Part shown: positions 9,474 through 19,415 of the stretch, piece by piece | Layout: every line of letters starts with the position of its first letter | How positions within the stretch are numbered: position 1 is the stretch's first letter | Assembly: GCA_016929365.1 (NCBI GenBank) | Contig: JAFGIZ010000160.1 | Span: 1-40,662 of the forward strand | DNA: 40,662 bases | Source: Lentisphaerota bacterium | GTDB taxonomy: Bacteria; Verrucomicrobiota; Kiritimatiellia; UBA8416; JAFGIZ01 | Direction: 5' to 3' | The notes under the pieces: model-generated | Told to the model about the DNA's origin: nothing | Seen by the model: only the letters and a program-made list of their open reading frames with translations | Database searches by the model: none | Translations under genes and position numbers: made by a program

Positions 9474-11846
9474 TCAATTCCGGTGGCGGCCGGCAAAACT
9501 TACGTCCGGAAACGCTGTCATCCAGAACTCGAACAGGAACCGGAACTCGTCGTCGAATTCCGTGCCGTCCGTCGCCGTGTAGCCCGGCAGCATGCTGGCC
9601 CCCGCCCGGAAGACCATGCAGTCGAAACTGCGCTGCAAATACCCTCCCTGTTCCTCCAGGCGCGATTCCTCGAACTCGTACCGCCCGTACGTATTGAGGG
9701 ACCAGTTGCGGTTCAGGTAAAAGGTCAGGTCGTTACGCAACAGGCTGCTTTCGTCGTAGCGGTACCGGTATTCGATCTCCGCGTCCAACGCATTCCCGTA
9801 GCCCATCAGCAAACGCGTGTTGAAAATATCCAGGCGCGACTCCTCCACGTCGTATTCCGCGTCCGTATCGATCTGCATCCAGTCGTTCGGCTGGAACTCC
9901 GCGTCCAGGAACACGCGGTCGATGGCGTCCTCGTCGTCCTCGCGTTCAAAGCGGTAACGCGTGTACACGTTGACGTCCGCGATGTCAAACGGCTCGTCCT
10001 TGCGCTTGCGTTGCCACTTGTTCCGCATCCCCACGCGCACGAAATGCTCTTCGTCCAGCGCGTCCACGGCGTCGAAATCGTACAGATCCCCGGGCACCAG
10101 GTTCGGTTCCGGCACGTACGTATAATTCGCGTACGGTTCGGCGATATGCCGCCGCTCGCCCTTCGGGCCCTGGAACACCTTGAATGCCTTGTAGGATGTT
10201 TCCACGCCCAGCTCGAAGCGGTTCCGGAAGTCCGATCCGGCATCCTCCTCGCGGGTAAATGTCTCGGAATCGGTCAACACGGTCACCACCGGGTTCGTCA
10301 CGCCGCCCGCGTCCACCACCAGGTTGGTTTCCGTCGTCGACTGGGTCCGCGTTTCCGTCACCGTCCGGCGGGTATCCGAATAGTACGTTCCGCGGTATCC
10401 GGCCCGCGGAATCACCGTCAGGAACCCGAACAGCTTCGACGGACGGTAGAGGGTGTGGTCGGTGTCGAGACGCACCGACGAATACGCGTCGGCCGCCTCC
10501 GTGTCGGGATACACGCGTTCGAGGTACGCGCCCGCCGTCTGTCCCTCGTAGTAGAACCGGGTGGACCCGAGCGGCTGCCGGAGCAAGTCCATCGACACTT
10601 CCGGCACGCGGTTGACGCCGCCATAGAAATCGTTCAAGCGGCCCTGAGCCAGCACAGTCAGAGAATTGTAGTCGCCGCGGTGCGTGTAGGTGGCGTAGTT
10701 GTCGGGCACCGCGCCATCCCGGTAGTCGTCCTCGAAAAAGTCCTCGAGGATATCCGTGTCGCTGAGGTACTCGGCCTGAATCAGGGCGTAGTCGCGGTAC
10801 GTGAAGTTCACCTCGTGCTCGAGTTTGAAGCGGTAACGCTCGTTATCGATATCGCTCGTGGCGGGATCTTCGTCCTCGTCCAGCGGTTCCTTGTCGTCGA
10901 TATAGTACATCTGCAGTTTGCCGAACCAGGCGTTCTCCTCCGGATCGCGCCAGTCAAAATCCTGGCCCACGCCGACCCCGCGTTCCGTCCGGTAGTCGAG
11001 GTGCGTCTCCGCCTTGAGCATCGGGCTCACGCGGTAACGGTAGGAGCTCAGCACGAACGTCCCCATCCGGCTGCTGTGCCCGGCGTACAGCCGGAACCCG
11101 ACGTCCTCGCGGAGATTCCGGTACCAGTACGGCACGTACATGACGGGCACGCCGCCGAGCCGCCAGACGGCTCCGTAAACCTTCATGTACTGGCCCGGTT
11201 GCAGGCGCACCTTGCGCGCCGTCACGTGGTAATGCCAGCGGTCCACCGCGTTGGTACAGGTCGTCAAACGGGCCTTGTGAAAGGTGAATGTGCCTTCCGG
11301 CCCGCGCTCGGAACGTGCGGCATCGAGCACGTACGGGCCGGTGTCGCCTCTCAAGCCCGCGGCATCGCCCGTGCGCTCCCGGAAATTGTAGTTCAGCTGG
11401 TCGCCCCGCCAGACTTCGTCCTTGCGCCGCAGGATCACGCTGCCGTACGCGTGCGCGTCCTCCGTACGCACGTTCACGCGCACGTAATCGGCCGTCAGCA
11501 CGTCGTCGCCTTTCCGGATCATCACGTTGCCGCGCCCCTCGATCCAGCCGGTCTTGCGGTCGTAATCCAACTGGTCCGCCCGCGTCTCGATCGGGCCGGG
11601 CCGATCCGGCATCGGTTTCGGCGCGGCCGCCGGCCCCACCGTCTGCGTCGCGGGCGCCTCCCGGGGCGCCGCCCCGGGCGCCGGCCCGGCGGCTTCGTCA
11701 CGCGGACGGGGCGGCTCCCGCACCGCTTCCTCCGCCCCCCGGACGCATGGGGCCAACCCCAGGATGACCGTTGCCGTGATTATGTAAACGGGTCTCCGGC
11801 GCCCGCGCGCCCCGTTCCCACCGTAGCCGTCCGACATAGCTGCCAT
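9474..11846 (-). CDS. lptD: LPS-assembly outer-membrane protein LptD (OstA family)
   Basis: 790 aa with a signal-like N-terminus. OstA-type N-terminal domain (GNVMIRKGDDVLTADYVRVN...WRGDQLNYNF). Long beta-barrel-like, Y/R/D/F-rich C-terminal portion ending in an aromatic-rich tail. GGGAG RBS before ATG 11846. Confidence 0.8.
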   Translation of the reverse strand: MAAMSDGYGGNGARGRRRPVYIITATVILGLAPCVRGAEEAVREPPRPRDEAAGPAPGAAPREAPATQTVGPAAAPKPMPDRPGPIETRADQLDYDRKTGWIEGRGNVMIRKGDDVLTADYVRVNVRTEDAHAYGSVILRRKDEVWRGDQLNYNFRERTGDAAGLRGDTGPYVLDAARSERGPEGTFTFHKARLTTCTNAVDRWHYHVTARKVRLQPGQYMKVYGAVWRLGGVPVMYVPYWYRNLREDVGFRLYAGHSSRMGTFVLSSYRYRVSPMLKAETHLDYRTERGVGVGQDFDWRDPEENAWFGKLQMYYIDDKEPLDEDEDPATSDIDNERYRFKLEHEVNFTYRDYALIQAEYLSDTDILEDFFEDDYRDGAVPDNYATYTHRGDYNSLTVLAQGRLNDFYGGVNRVPEVSMDLLRQPLGSTRFYYEGQTAGAYLERVYPDTEAADAYSSVRLDTDHTLYRPSKLFGFLTVIPRAGYRGTYYSDTRRTVTETRTQSTTETNLVVDAGGVTNPVVTVLTDSETFTREEDAGSDFRNRFELGVETSYKAFKVFQGPKGERRHIAEPYANYTYVPEPNLVPGDLYDFDAVDALDEEHFVRVGMRNKWQRKRKDEPFDIADVNVYTRYRFEREDDEDAIDRVFLDAEFQPNDWMQIDTDAEYDVEESRLDIFNTRLLMGYGNALDAEIEYRYRYDESSLLRNDLTFYLNRNWSLNTYGRYEFEESRLEEQGGYLQRSFDCMVFRAGASMLPGYTATDGTEFDDEFRFLFEFWMTAFPDVSFAGRHRN

Positions 11847-11858
11847 AACGCTCCCTGC

Positions 11859-13445
11859 TTAGGTATCCGTCTTGGAAGAATACAGAACTTCACCAGTTGC
11901 GGCGTCACTGATCAAGAAAAATTCCACGTGCCTGCCCGGATCCGACCGGAAACTCAGCTCCGCGCCGCATTCCTTCTCGATCTCAATCAGGAACTGCTCA
12001 TCCTCCCGCCGCATGCGATCCAGCACCGTGGGGTGCACCACAATCTGCAGCTTGGCGGGCTCGCGCGAGCGGCCGAACCGGCGCATCAGACCCGAGATCG
12101 CACGCTGAATCTCGACACTGATGCCCAGCGGCGATTTAACCGTTCCCCGTCCGCGGCAATACGGACAATCCACCACGGTGGCCGACAACAGGCTCTCCTC
12201 CGCCCGCTGCCGCGTCATTTCCATCAGGCCCAGGTCCGAGATCGGCACCACATTCGTCCGCGCCCGGTCCCGTTTCAGCGCCGTCTTCATCGCCCGATAC
12301 ACGCTGTTCTGGTGCTTCCGGCTTTTCATGTCGATCAGGTCGATCACCACCAGCCCGCCGATGTTGCGCAGGCGCAACTGCCGCGCCACCTCCTCAACGG
12401 CCTCCGTATTGACCGCCAGGATCGCCTCGTCCTGGGAACCGGTGCCCTTGTGCCGCCGCGTGTTGACGTCGATCGCAATCAGGGCCTCGGTCTCGTCCAG
12501 CACAAGGGAACCGCCCGACGCCAGGGGCACGTTCCGCCGGAACGCCTGTTCGATTTGATCTTCGACGCCGTAGTGATCGAACACCGGGAGGTCCCCTTCG
12601 TGCAGCTGGATACAGTTGCGCGCGCGCCGTGAAATCCGCCCCGCCACGTCCCGGATACGGTCATACTCCTGCCGGTTGTCGACGATGATCCGGTCCACGT
12701 CCTCGGTCAGCCAGTCCCGTACGACGCGCTCAACCAGGTCCGGCTCCCGGTACAGGCAGCACGGCGCCGGTTGCTCGCGCTTGGCACGCTCCATCTCCTC
12801 CCAGATGGCAATCAATCCGCGCAAATCCCGAGCCAGGCTGTTCTTCCGCGCCCCGGCCGCCGCCGTGCGCGCAATCACGCCCATGCCCTCCGGCACCGGC
12901 AGACGGGCCAGAAGTTTTTTCAGCCGCTGGCGTTCCCGGTCGTCGCCGATTTTTCGCGACACGCCTTTGAGCGTCGTGCCGGGCATCATCACGAGGTACC
13001 GGCCGGGCACGCTCAAGGTCGTCGTCACCCGCGGTCCCTTCGTGCCGATGGGCCCCTTGGTCACCTGGACGATGATCTCGGAATTGGGCGGAAACTGCTT
13101 TTCCACGTCTTCGTTCTTCAGGCGCGCCCGCCGCGGCCGGCGGCGGTGCCGCGACCCGTTGTCGATCTCCATGCTGATCGAGTCGTCCGGGGTCATATCC
13201 CAGTAGTGCAGGAACGCGTTCTTCCGCAGCCCGATATTCACGAAGGCAGCCTGCAAATCGTGTTCCAGGTTCTGAATCCGCCCCTTGTAGATACTGCCCA
13301 CGATCCGCTCTTCCGTCGGATGCTCCACGCGAAACTCTTCGAGCTTGCCGTTTTCGACCACCGCCACCCGTGTTTCCAGGCGCTCTGCGTTGATCACGAT
13401 TTCCCGTTTCATCTTGCTGCTTTTACCCATGCCGAACATTTTCAT
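11859..13445 (-). CDS. rng: Ribonuclease E/G family protein (RNase G-like)
   Basis: S1-domain start REIVINAERLETRVAVVENGKL...IVGSIYKGRIQNLEHDLQAAFVNIG closely parallels the RNase G N-terminus. Catalytic region includes LVVIDLIDM and the CPYCRGRG zinc-link. The start could be ATG 13445 or ATG 13412. Confidence 0.85.
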   Translation of the reverse strand: MKMFGMGKSSKMKREIVINAERLETRVAVVENGKLEEFRVEHPTEERIVGSIYKGRIQNLEHDLQAAFVNIGLRKNAFLHYWDMTPDDSISMEIDNGSRHRRRPRRARLKNEDVEKQFPPNSEIIVQVTKGPIGTKGPRVTTTLSVPGRYLVMMPGTTLKGVSRKIGDDRERQRLKKLLARLPVPEGMGVIARTAAAGARKNSLARDLRGLIAIWEEMERAKREQPAPCCLYREPDLVERVVRDWLTEDVDRIIVDNRQEYDRIRDVAGRISRRARNCIQLHEGDLPVFDHYGVEDQIEQAFRRNVPLASGGSLVLDETEALIAIDVNTRRHKGTGSQDEAILAVNTEAVEEVARQLRLRNIGGLVVIDLIDMKSRKHQNSVYRAMKTALKRDRARTNVVPISDLGLMEMTRQRAEESLLSATVVDCPYCRGRGTVKSPLGISVEIQRAISGLMRRFGRSREPAKLQIVVHPTVLDRMRREDEQFLIEIEKECGAELSFRSDPGRHVEFFLISDAATGEVLYSSKTDT

Positions 13446-13484
13446 GGCCTTTCCTATGCTCCCTCAGCGACCCCTTCAACGGAC

Positions 13485-14678
13485 CTAAAACCCGTGCGGG
13501 TACATGTGTGAGCGTATATGTACGCTTTGTATAATTCCCAGTGACGCCATCGTCACCACCATAAACGTGCCCCCGTAACTCAATAACGGCAGGGGTAAAC
13601 CGGTAATCGGCATGATCCCCACCGTCATGGCAATGTTGACAAACACGTGCACGAACAAGGTTGCCGTAATGCCCGCGCACACCAGACGCCCCATCTTGTC
13701 GCGCGCCGCGCACGCCGTCCGCGCGCCCAGCACCAACAATCCCCCGAACAGGACAAGCACAACCGTCGAGCCGACGAATCCCGTCTCCTCCGCGATCACC
13801 GAATAGATGAAATCGGTCGGCGCCACCTTTCGCGGCAGAAAACCCAGAATGTTCTGCGTACCCTTAAGGTACCCCTTGCCCCACACGCCGCCCGACCCCA
13901 CCGCGATCTCCGACTGCATCTTGTTCCACCCCGCGTTGAGCGGATCCCGCTCGGGATTGAAGAACGCTTCGATCCGGTCCCGATGATACGGACGCAGGCC
14001 GACCGCCGAAATAATGCGCGCCTGGCCTTCCTCGCTCACGCCCAGCCTGGCCGGCAGAAAGAGCGAACCGAGAAACACCCCTACCGCGCAGCTTCCGGCC
14101 GCCAGGAGCACCAGCAACGAGCGCAACGGAACCCCCGCCGCGAACATCATCACAAAGGCCGCCGGCAGAAACACCATCGCCGTCCCCAGGTCCGGCTGCT
14201 GGATGATCAGGATCATCGGCGCCAGGACCAGCGCCAGCACGCCCGCCAGGGCGCCGAAACCGCCCAGGCTTTCGCCCGGCCGGCTGAGCTTCCGCGCCAA
14301 CGCGAGGACGACGGCCAGCTTGGCCAGCTCCGACGGCTGCAGGCCGATGCCGAACACCATCAACCAGCGCCTGGCCCCCGAAATTTCGGTCCCGATCAGC
14401 AAAACCAGCACCAGGAGCAGAAGACTGCCCGCGTAAATCCACCACGTCAGGCGCCGCAGGCGCCGGTAGTCGAACGCGGCAAACCCGAGGTACGCCGCCA
14501 GGCCCACCCCGGCCCACAACAGCTGCCGCCGGTACAGGGCGCGCATGGTGCCCTCCACGCTCGCATAACACGCGCTGTAAACAAACAGCACGCCCAAGGC
14601 GGACAGCAGCAGGGTAATCCCGAACATGGGCCAGCTCAACCCCCGCAGAAGTCTCCAGGCGTGTTCGGCGCGCCGCAT
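13485..14678 (-). CDS. rodA: Peptidoglycan glycosyltransferase RodA (SEDS family)
   Basis: Polytopic membrane protein with QPSELAKL, DLGTA, PTDFIYSVIAEE and the LPLLSYGG motif of FtsW/RodA. ATG 14678 is preceded by GGAGGGGAGGGG. The track start 14684 is a TTG. Confidence 0.9.
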   Translation of the reverse strand: MRRAEHAWRLLRGLSWPMFGITLLLSALGVLFVYSACYASVEGTMRALYRRQLLWAGVGLAAYLGFAAFDYRRLRRLTWWIYAGSLLLLVLVLLIGTEISGARRWLMVFGIGLQPSELAKLAVVLALARKLSRPGESLGGFGALAGVLALVLAPMILIIQQPDLGTAMVFLPAAFVMMFAAGVPLRSLLVLLAAGSCAVGVFLGSLFLPARLGVSEEGQARIISAVGLRPYHRDRIEAFFNPERDPLNAGWNKMQSEIAVGSGGVWGKGYLKGTQNILGFLPRKVAPTDFIYSVIAEETGFVGSTVVLVLFGGLLVLGARTACAARDKMGRLVCAGITATLFVHVFVNIAMTVGIMPITGLPLPLLSYGGTFMVVTMASLGIIQSVHIRSHMYPHGF

Positions 14679-14680
14679 AC

Positions 14681-16486
14681 TCAACCCCTCCCCTCCTGCA
14701 CCGGCCCGGACTCATCCCCGAAAATACCTTCCATCAGCGCATGCAGGCGCGGCGCCACCGTGGTGCCGCCCGATACCGCGTCTTCCACCACCATGGCCAC
14801 GGCGAAACGGGGCGCTTCGTACGGCGCGAACAGAATCATCCACCCGTATTTCCGGCGCGCTTCCCGAGGTCCGTGCTCCGCCGTGCCCGTCTTGCCCGCC
14901 ATGACTACGCCTTCCACGTACGCCCGGCGGCCCGTGCCGTGCGGCGCCATCACCACGTCGCGCATCCCGCCCCGCACCACGGCCAGGGTTTCGGGCGCCC
15001 AGTGCATCACGTTGCACACGTCCCCGGCCCGGCCCGGCACCAGGCGCACCCGCGGCCGGTAGACCGTTCCGCCGTTCGCCAGCGTCGCGGCGAACATGGC
15101 CATCTGCACGGGGGTAAACGCCAGCGCACCCTGCCCGATCGAGGCATTACAGGTGTCGCCCGCACGCCAGGAATCGCCCCGGTACCGCTCCTTCCACGCG
15201 CTGTTCGGCAGAAGTCCCGCCGCTTCGGACGGCAGATCGATGCCCGTCTCCCGCCCCAGCCCCAGCGCCTCCGCCATGTGATAAATCCGCTCGTAGCCGC
15301 ACTGCAGCCCGAGCTGACAGAAATACGCGTTGCAGGACTGCTCCAGCGCTTCCCGCATCGCCAGCTTGCCGTGTCCGGAACGCCGCCAGCAATGGAAACG
15401 GACGCCGCCCACCTCGAAATAGCCCGGGCAGCCGAAGACCGTGTCTCCGCCGGCCCGGTCGTTCTCGAGGGCCGCCAGGGAAACCACCGGTTTGAACGTA
15501 CTGCCCGGTGCATAGGTCCCCGTAATCGCCCGGTTGAAGAACGGTTGGCCGGGATCCGTGGTCAGGCGCCGCCATGCGTCCGGCGCGATGGCGGGGCTGA
15601 AATCCGACGGGTCGAAATCCGGCCTGCTGGCCAGGGCCAGCACGTCCCCGTTGCGCGGATCCAGCACGACCGCCGCTCCCCGGATGTCGCCCAGCGTTTC
15701 CTCCAGCAGGCGCTGGATGCGCACATCCAGCGTCAGGAACAGGTCGCGTCCCGCCGCCGGCTCCCGTTCGCCTATCTCGCCGTGCTTGAACCCCGAGGCG
15801 TCCACCCGCAACAGGCGTCCTCCCGCTTCGCCTGCCAGCACGGCGTTGTAGGTCTTCTCCACGCCGTACTTGCCCTCCATCTCCGGCAGATAATAGTGAT
15901 ACGCGCCGCCGGCCTCCCCGTTCGCGGGCTCGGCCCGCCCTACGTAGCCGAGCACGTGCGACGCCAGTGCGCCGTGCGGATAAGCCCTCACGGGTTCCAC
16001 GTAGATGTCCACCCCGGCGAGATGTACGTCGCTTTCACACCACCGCGCCAGCGCCGCCGGCCCGATATCCTTCCAGATCAGCAGGGGCAGCGGGCGCCGC
16101 ATGCGGATATGGCGTTCGATCTCATCCCGGTCCACTTCGCGCGGCAAATTCACGATCCCGCTCACGCTGCGAATCACGTCCTCAACCGCGTCAATGGTCC
16201 GCTCAATGCGGCCGGGCCTCCGCAATTCCTCGACATAGACGGCAATACAGTAGCTCGGCCGGTTGTCGGCCAGCATGCGTCCGTACCGGTCGCGGATGGC
16301 CCCACGGATCGCCGGCAACCGCACGCGCCGCACGCTTTGGCGATACAGGCTCGACCGGTAATCCGGCGCCCGGGCCACCTGGACCCGCCACAGAACCGCC
16401 GCCAGGACGCCGAGCGCGAGGAGCATCACCCCGGCCGTCACCTTCACGCGCAGCAGTTCCGATTCCCGCGTGTCACTCAAAGCCAT
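14681..16486 (-). CDS. mrdA: Penicillin-binding protein 2 (elongasome transpeptidase)
   Basis: PBP dimerisation domain plus transpeptidase domain. Motifs APGSTFKP (SxxK), a SxN region and KTGTA. Start moved to ATG 16486 (MALSDTRE..., followed by a TM helix). It sits between mreD and rodA. Confidence 0.9.
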   Translation of the reverse strand: MALSDTRESELLRVKVTAGVMLLALGVLAAVLWRVQVARAPDYRSSLYRQSVRRVRLPAIRGAIRDRYGRMLADNRPSYCIAVYVEELRRPGRIERTIDAVEDVIRSVSGIVNLPREVDRDEIERHIRMRRPLPLLIWKDIGPAALARWCESDVHLAGVDIYVEPVRAYPHGALASHVLGYVGRAEPANGEAGGAYHYYLPEMEGKYGVEKTYNAVLAGEAGGRLLRVDASGFKHGEIGEREPAAGRDLFLTLDVRIQRLLEETLGDIRGAAVVLDPRNGDVLALASRPDFDPSDFSPAIAPDAWRRLTTDPGQPFFNRAITGTYAPGSTFKPVVSLAALENDRAGGDTVFGCPGYFEVGGVRFHCWRRSGHGKLAMREALEQSCNAYFCQLGLQCGYERIYHMAEALGLGRETGIDLPSEAAGLLPNSAWKERYRGDSWRAGDTCNASIGQGALAFTPVQMAMFAATLANGGTVYRPRVRLVPGRAGDVCNVMHWAPETLAVVRGGMRDVVMAPHGTGRRAYVEGVVMAGKTGTAEHGPREARRKYGWMILFAPYEAPRFAVAMVVEDAVSGGTTVAPRLHALMEGIFGDESGPVQEGRG

Positions 16487-16991
16487 CGATCGGCTCCCTC
16501 CGCGCCACGTTGCCCACAAGGCGATCCAGTGCGCCCGCCAGCAGGAAAACCGCCGGCGTGACCAGCCCGCCCAGCACAAGCTGGCCGCCCGCGCGCCATA
16601 CCACGCGCTCGGCCGGGGACACCAGCACCTCCGCCCGGATCAACAGAATGCCGAGCAACACCGTGACCAGGACCGCCGTCAGCGCGCCGAAAAAAACCTG
16701 CGTGACCAGCGAATCGCTCATCACCAGATCGCGCGCCCGGCCGGCGGCCCAGGCCGCCATGCAGAAGCAGAACGCCGTGTACCCCAGCGGCGCCGGACTC
16801 AAGGCGTCGTGCAGGATCCCCCCCGCCACGGCCGCCACCAGCGCCGCGCCCGTATCCCGGCACAAGGCGTAGTACAGCACCGCCGCCAGCAGCAACGGGG
16901 GCTTGACCCGCCCCAGGAGCGCCACCGGCGGCCACATGACCTGCGCCAGCGCCGCGGCAATCAGAACAAAACCCATAATCAACCAGGTCAC
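16473..16991 (-). CDS. mreD: Rod shape-determining protein MreD
   Basis: 172-aa hydrophobic multi-TM protein immediately after mreC (GTGA overlap) and before mrdA. Position and composition fit MreD. The start may be GTG 16991 or ATG 16976. Confidence 0.7.
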   Translation of the reverse strand: MTWLIMGFVLIAAALAQVMWPPVALLGRVKPPLLLAAVLYYALCRDTGAALVAAVAGGILHDALSPAPLGYTAFCFCMAAWAAGRARDLVMSDSLVTQVFFGALTAVLVTVLLGILLIRAEVLVSPAERVVWRAGGQLVLGGLVTPAVFLLAGALDRLVGNVARREPIDGFE

Positions 16992-17821
16992 GGCAGCACC
17001 ACAAACACATAACGTAAACGCGCCAGATCCGCCGCGGGCGTGATCTCGGCTCTTTGAAACAAACGGCTGGCGTCAAGCGCCACGCGCTCCACCCGCCCCA
17101 CCGGTAACCCCGCCGGAAACACGCCGCCCAACCCCGATGTCACAACGCGGTCGCCCGGCGCAAGTTGTACGTCCTTGCGGATATAGTCCATCCCCAGGGG
17201 CCGCGCCCCGGCCAGCATGTCGAGCCGCGGATCCCCGCCGGCCGATACGCCGCCGCCCCGCAGAATACCCACGGCATCCACCCGCACCACCCGGCACGCC
17301 ACCTGGCTCGACGGGTCCGTAATCAGCAACACGTCCGCCGTGTGCCGCGAGACCGCCCGTGTCCGGCCTACCAGGCCGTCCGCCGTCATCACGGCCAGCC
17401 CCTCCTTCAGGCCGTCCGCCGTCCCGCGGTCCAGCCGCACGACTTCCCACCAGCCGTCCGTGCCGCCGCGCGACATCACCTCGCACGCCGCGAGACGCAA
17501 CTCCGAACGTTTCCGGAAATCCAGCAACCGCCGCAAGGCCGCGTTTTCGTGCTCCAGGCCGTCCAACGCGCGCAACGCCGCCCGCAACGACGCCACCTCC
17601 AGTCGCAACGCCGCCTCGCGCTCCCGCCCGCCGGCTCCGCCGCTGACCGCCCGCAACGCCGCCCGGGCGCGGCGCCCCAGAACCGTCAACACGTTCTGGA
17701 ACGGCAGCAGGTTGTCCGCCGCGCCCGCCTCCACCCGCCGCGCCACGGGCGCCGGCAGATTCAGGAGTACCACCACCGCCACCAGCACGGCCAGAATCAA
17801 ATAGGTTCGACCTCGCACCAC
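16988..17821 (-). CDS. mreC: Rod shape-determining protein MreC
   Basis: N-terminal TM helix, a coiled-coil (LRLEVASLRAALRALDGLEHENAALRRLL), then beta-barrel domains with GLVGRT...VLLITD and TSGLGGVFPAGLPVGRV. GTG start. Confidence 0.85.
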   Translation of the reverse strand: MVRGRTYLILAVLVAVVVLLNLPAPVARRVEAGAADNLLPFQNVLTVLGRRARAALRAVSGGAGGREREAALRLEVASLRAALRALDGLEHENAALRRLLDFRKRSELRLAACEVMSRGGTDGWWEVVRLDRGTADGLKEGLAVMTADGLVGRTRAVSRHTADVLLITDPSSQVACRVVRVDAVGILRGGGVSAGGDPRLDMLAGARPLGMDYIRKDVQLAPGDRVVTSGLGGVFPAGLPVGRVERVALDASRLFQRAEITPAADLARLRYVFVVLP

Positions 17822-17885
17822 ACGTTCTCCATCGAACGTGCAGCAGCGAAGCGGGAATGCACATCCCGGGGGGCCGGGACGCAGA

Positions 17886-18917
17886 TCAGGAACGGCCGAC
17901 CGTGGAAGAACGGCGCAGGAAGTTCAGCTCGTTGAGCACCACGCCCGTCCCTTCCGCCACGGCGCTGAGAGGATCATCCGCCAGGTGGACCGGCAGGCCG
18001 GTCTGTTCGGCGATAAGCTTGTCCACCCCGGTCAGCAAGGCGCCGCCGCCCGCCAGGATCATCCCCCGATCCACCAGGTCCGCCGATAACTCGGGCGGAC
18101 AACGCTCCAGCGTGATCCGAATCGCGTCGACAATCGATGAAATCGGCTCCTGCAAGGCCTCCCGTATCTCCTCCGACGTGATCGTCAGGGTCTTGGGCAG
18201 GCCCGCCACGAGGTCGCGGCCCTTGACTTCCGTGCTCGTTTCCTCGTCAACCGGATAGGCCGATCCCATCGAAATCTTGATCTCCTCAGCCGTACGCTCT
18301 CCAATCATCAAATTATAAACCCGCTTCATGTACTGCACGATACATTCGTCCATCTGATCGCCGCCCACACGCACCGTGCGGCTGAAGACAATGCCGGCCA
18401 GTGAAATCAGCGCCACTTCCGTCGTGCCGCCTCCGATATCCACGATCATGTTGCCCGACGGCTCCTGAATAGGAAGGCCGACGCCGATGGCCGCCGCCAT
18501 CGGTTCTTCGATCAGAAAGACCTCTCGCGCCCCGGCATGGGTCGCCGAATCCTTGACGGCCCGTTTCTCCACTTCCGTAATGTCGCTCGGCACCGCAATG
18601 ATGATCCGGGGGCGCACCATCTTGCGGCGGTTGTGAATCTTCTTGATAAAATAGCGGAGCATCGCCTCCGTAATCTCGAAATCGGCGATCACCCCGGCCT
18701 TCATCGGGCGGATCGCGACGATGTTCCCCGGCGTCCGCCCCAGCATCCGCTTGGCCTCTTCACCCACCGCGAGGATCCGCTTCGTCCCGGCCTGAATCGC
18801 CACGACGGACGGCTCGCGCAACACGATACCCCGGTCCTTGACGTACACCAGCGTATTCGCCGTGCCCAGGTCAATCCCGATATCGTTGGAAAACAGTCCT
18901 AGAAAGGCACTCCACAT
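17886..18917 (-). CDS. mreB: Rod shape-determining actin homologue MreB
   Basis: [52 protein letters not shown] - a canonical MreB sequence. GAGGGAAG RBS. Confidence 0.95.
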   Translation of the reverse strand: MWSAFLGLFSNDIGIDLGTANTLVYVKDRGIVLREPSVVAIQAGTKRILAVGEEAKRMLGRTPGNIVAIRPMKAGVIADFEITEAMLRYFIKKIHNRRKMVRPRIIIAVPSDITEVEKRAVKDSATHAGAREVFLIEEPMAAAIGVGLPIQEPSGNMIVDIGGGTTEVALISLAGIVFSRTVRVGGDQMDECIVQYMKRVYNLMIGERTAEEIKISMGSAYPVDEETSTEVKGRDLVAGLPKTLTITSEEIREALQEPISSIVDAIRITLERCPPELSADLVDRGMILAGGGALLTGVDKLIAEQTGLPVHLADDPLSAVAEGTGVVLNELNFLRRSSTVGRS

Positions 18918-19415
18918 CCGGCTTCCCTCGTAACGCGCGTACTTTGCGCAACACCCGCAGTACCGTCAAGCCAGAAAAACCCCGCTATAGCAGGGCCGCA
19001 ACCCCGTTCCGGGATCCGGCTGTATTGGGATGCAGACGTCGGAGGCCTGAAATCGGCAAGAGGCTCGCGCGTTAGCGTGGCCCCCGGTCTCTGACCGCTT
19101 CGTCGTTCGGGCACAAGACGTTATCCTAAACGCCGCGCTTCAGGGCCTGCACGTATGCCACGCGCCCACACTGTGGACCCGCCTCCTCCTGGCGTGTCCA
19201 CAAAATGCAGGCCGTACAGTGCGACATTCCGGAGCATGCTACAACAGCGGTTGACCACATTACGAAAATGGATAATTATGAGGCGAGGCGGGGGAAGAGA
19301 CGGGTACAGGCGGGGAGTTAGCCGCAAGGCACCGGAGCCAACTCTTGACCCACACAATTAGCGAAAGAGCCAAAAAACAAGCTGTGGTCCAGCGCAAAGA
19401 TAAGGAGCGAGGCGC

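Noticed and set aside
7855-9582. 575-aa plus-strand ORF
   Set aside because: It is antisense to the family B polymerase gene, which carries all Exo and Pol motifs. The composition is shadow-ORF-like.
9483-12632. 1049-aa plus-strand ORF
   Set aside because: It is antisense to lptD and rng. It is R/H/V/P-rich with no motifs, and its third-position bias is opposite to that of the real frames.
14741-16561. 606-aa plus-strand ORF
   Set aside because: It is antisense to mrdA (PBP2, with SxxK and KTG motifs present). The sequence is Arg/Pro/His-rich nonsense.
19251-19279. Possible promoter TTGACC-N17-AATTAT upstream of the GH112-like gene
   Set aside because: The -10 match is weak, the alternative spacings are poor, and it lies about 140 nt from the start codon. 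That is insufficient to report as a feature.
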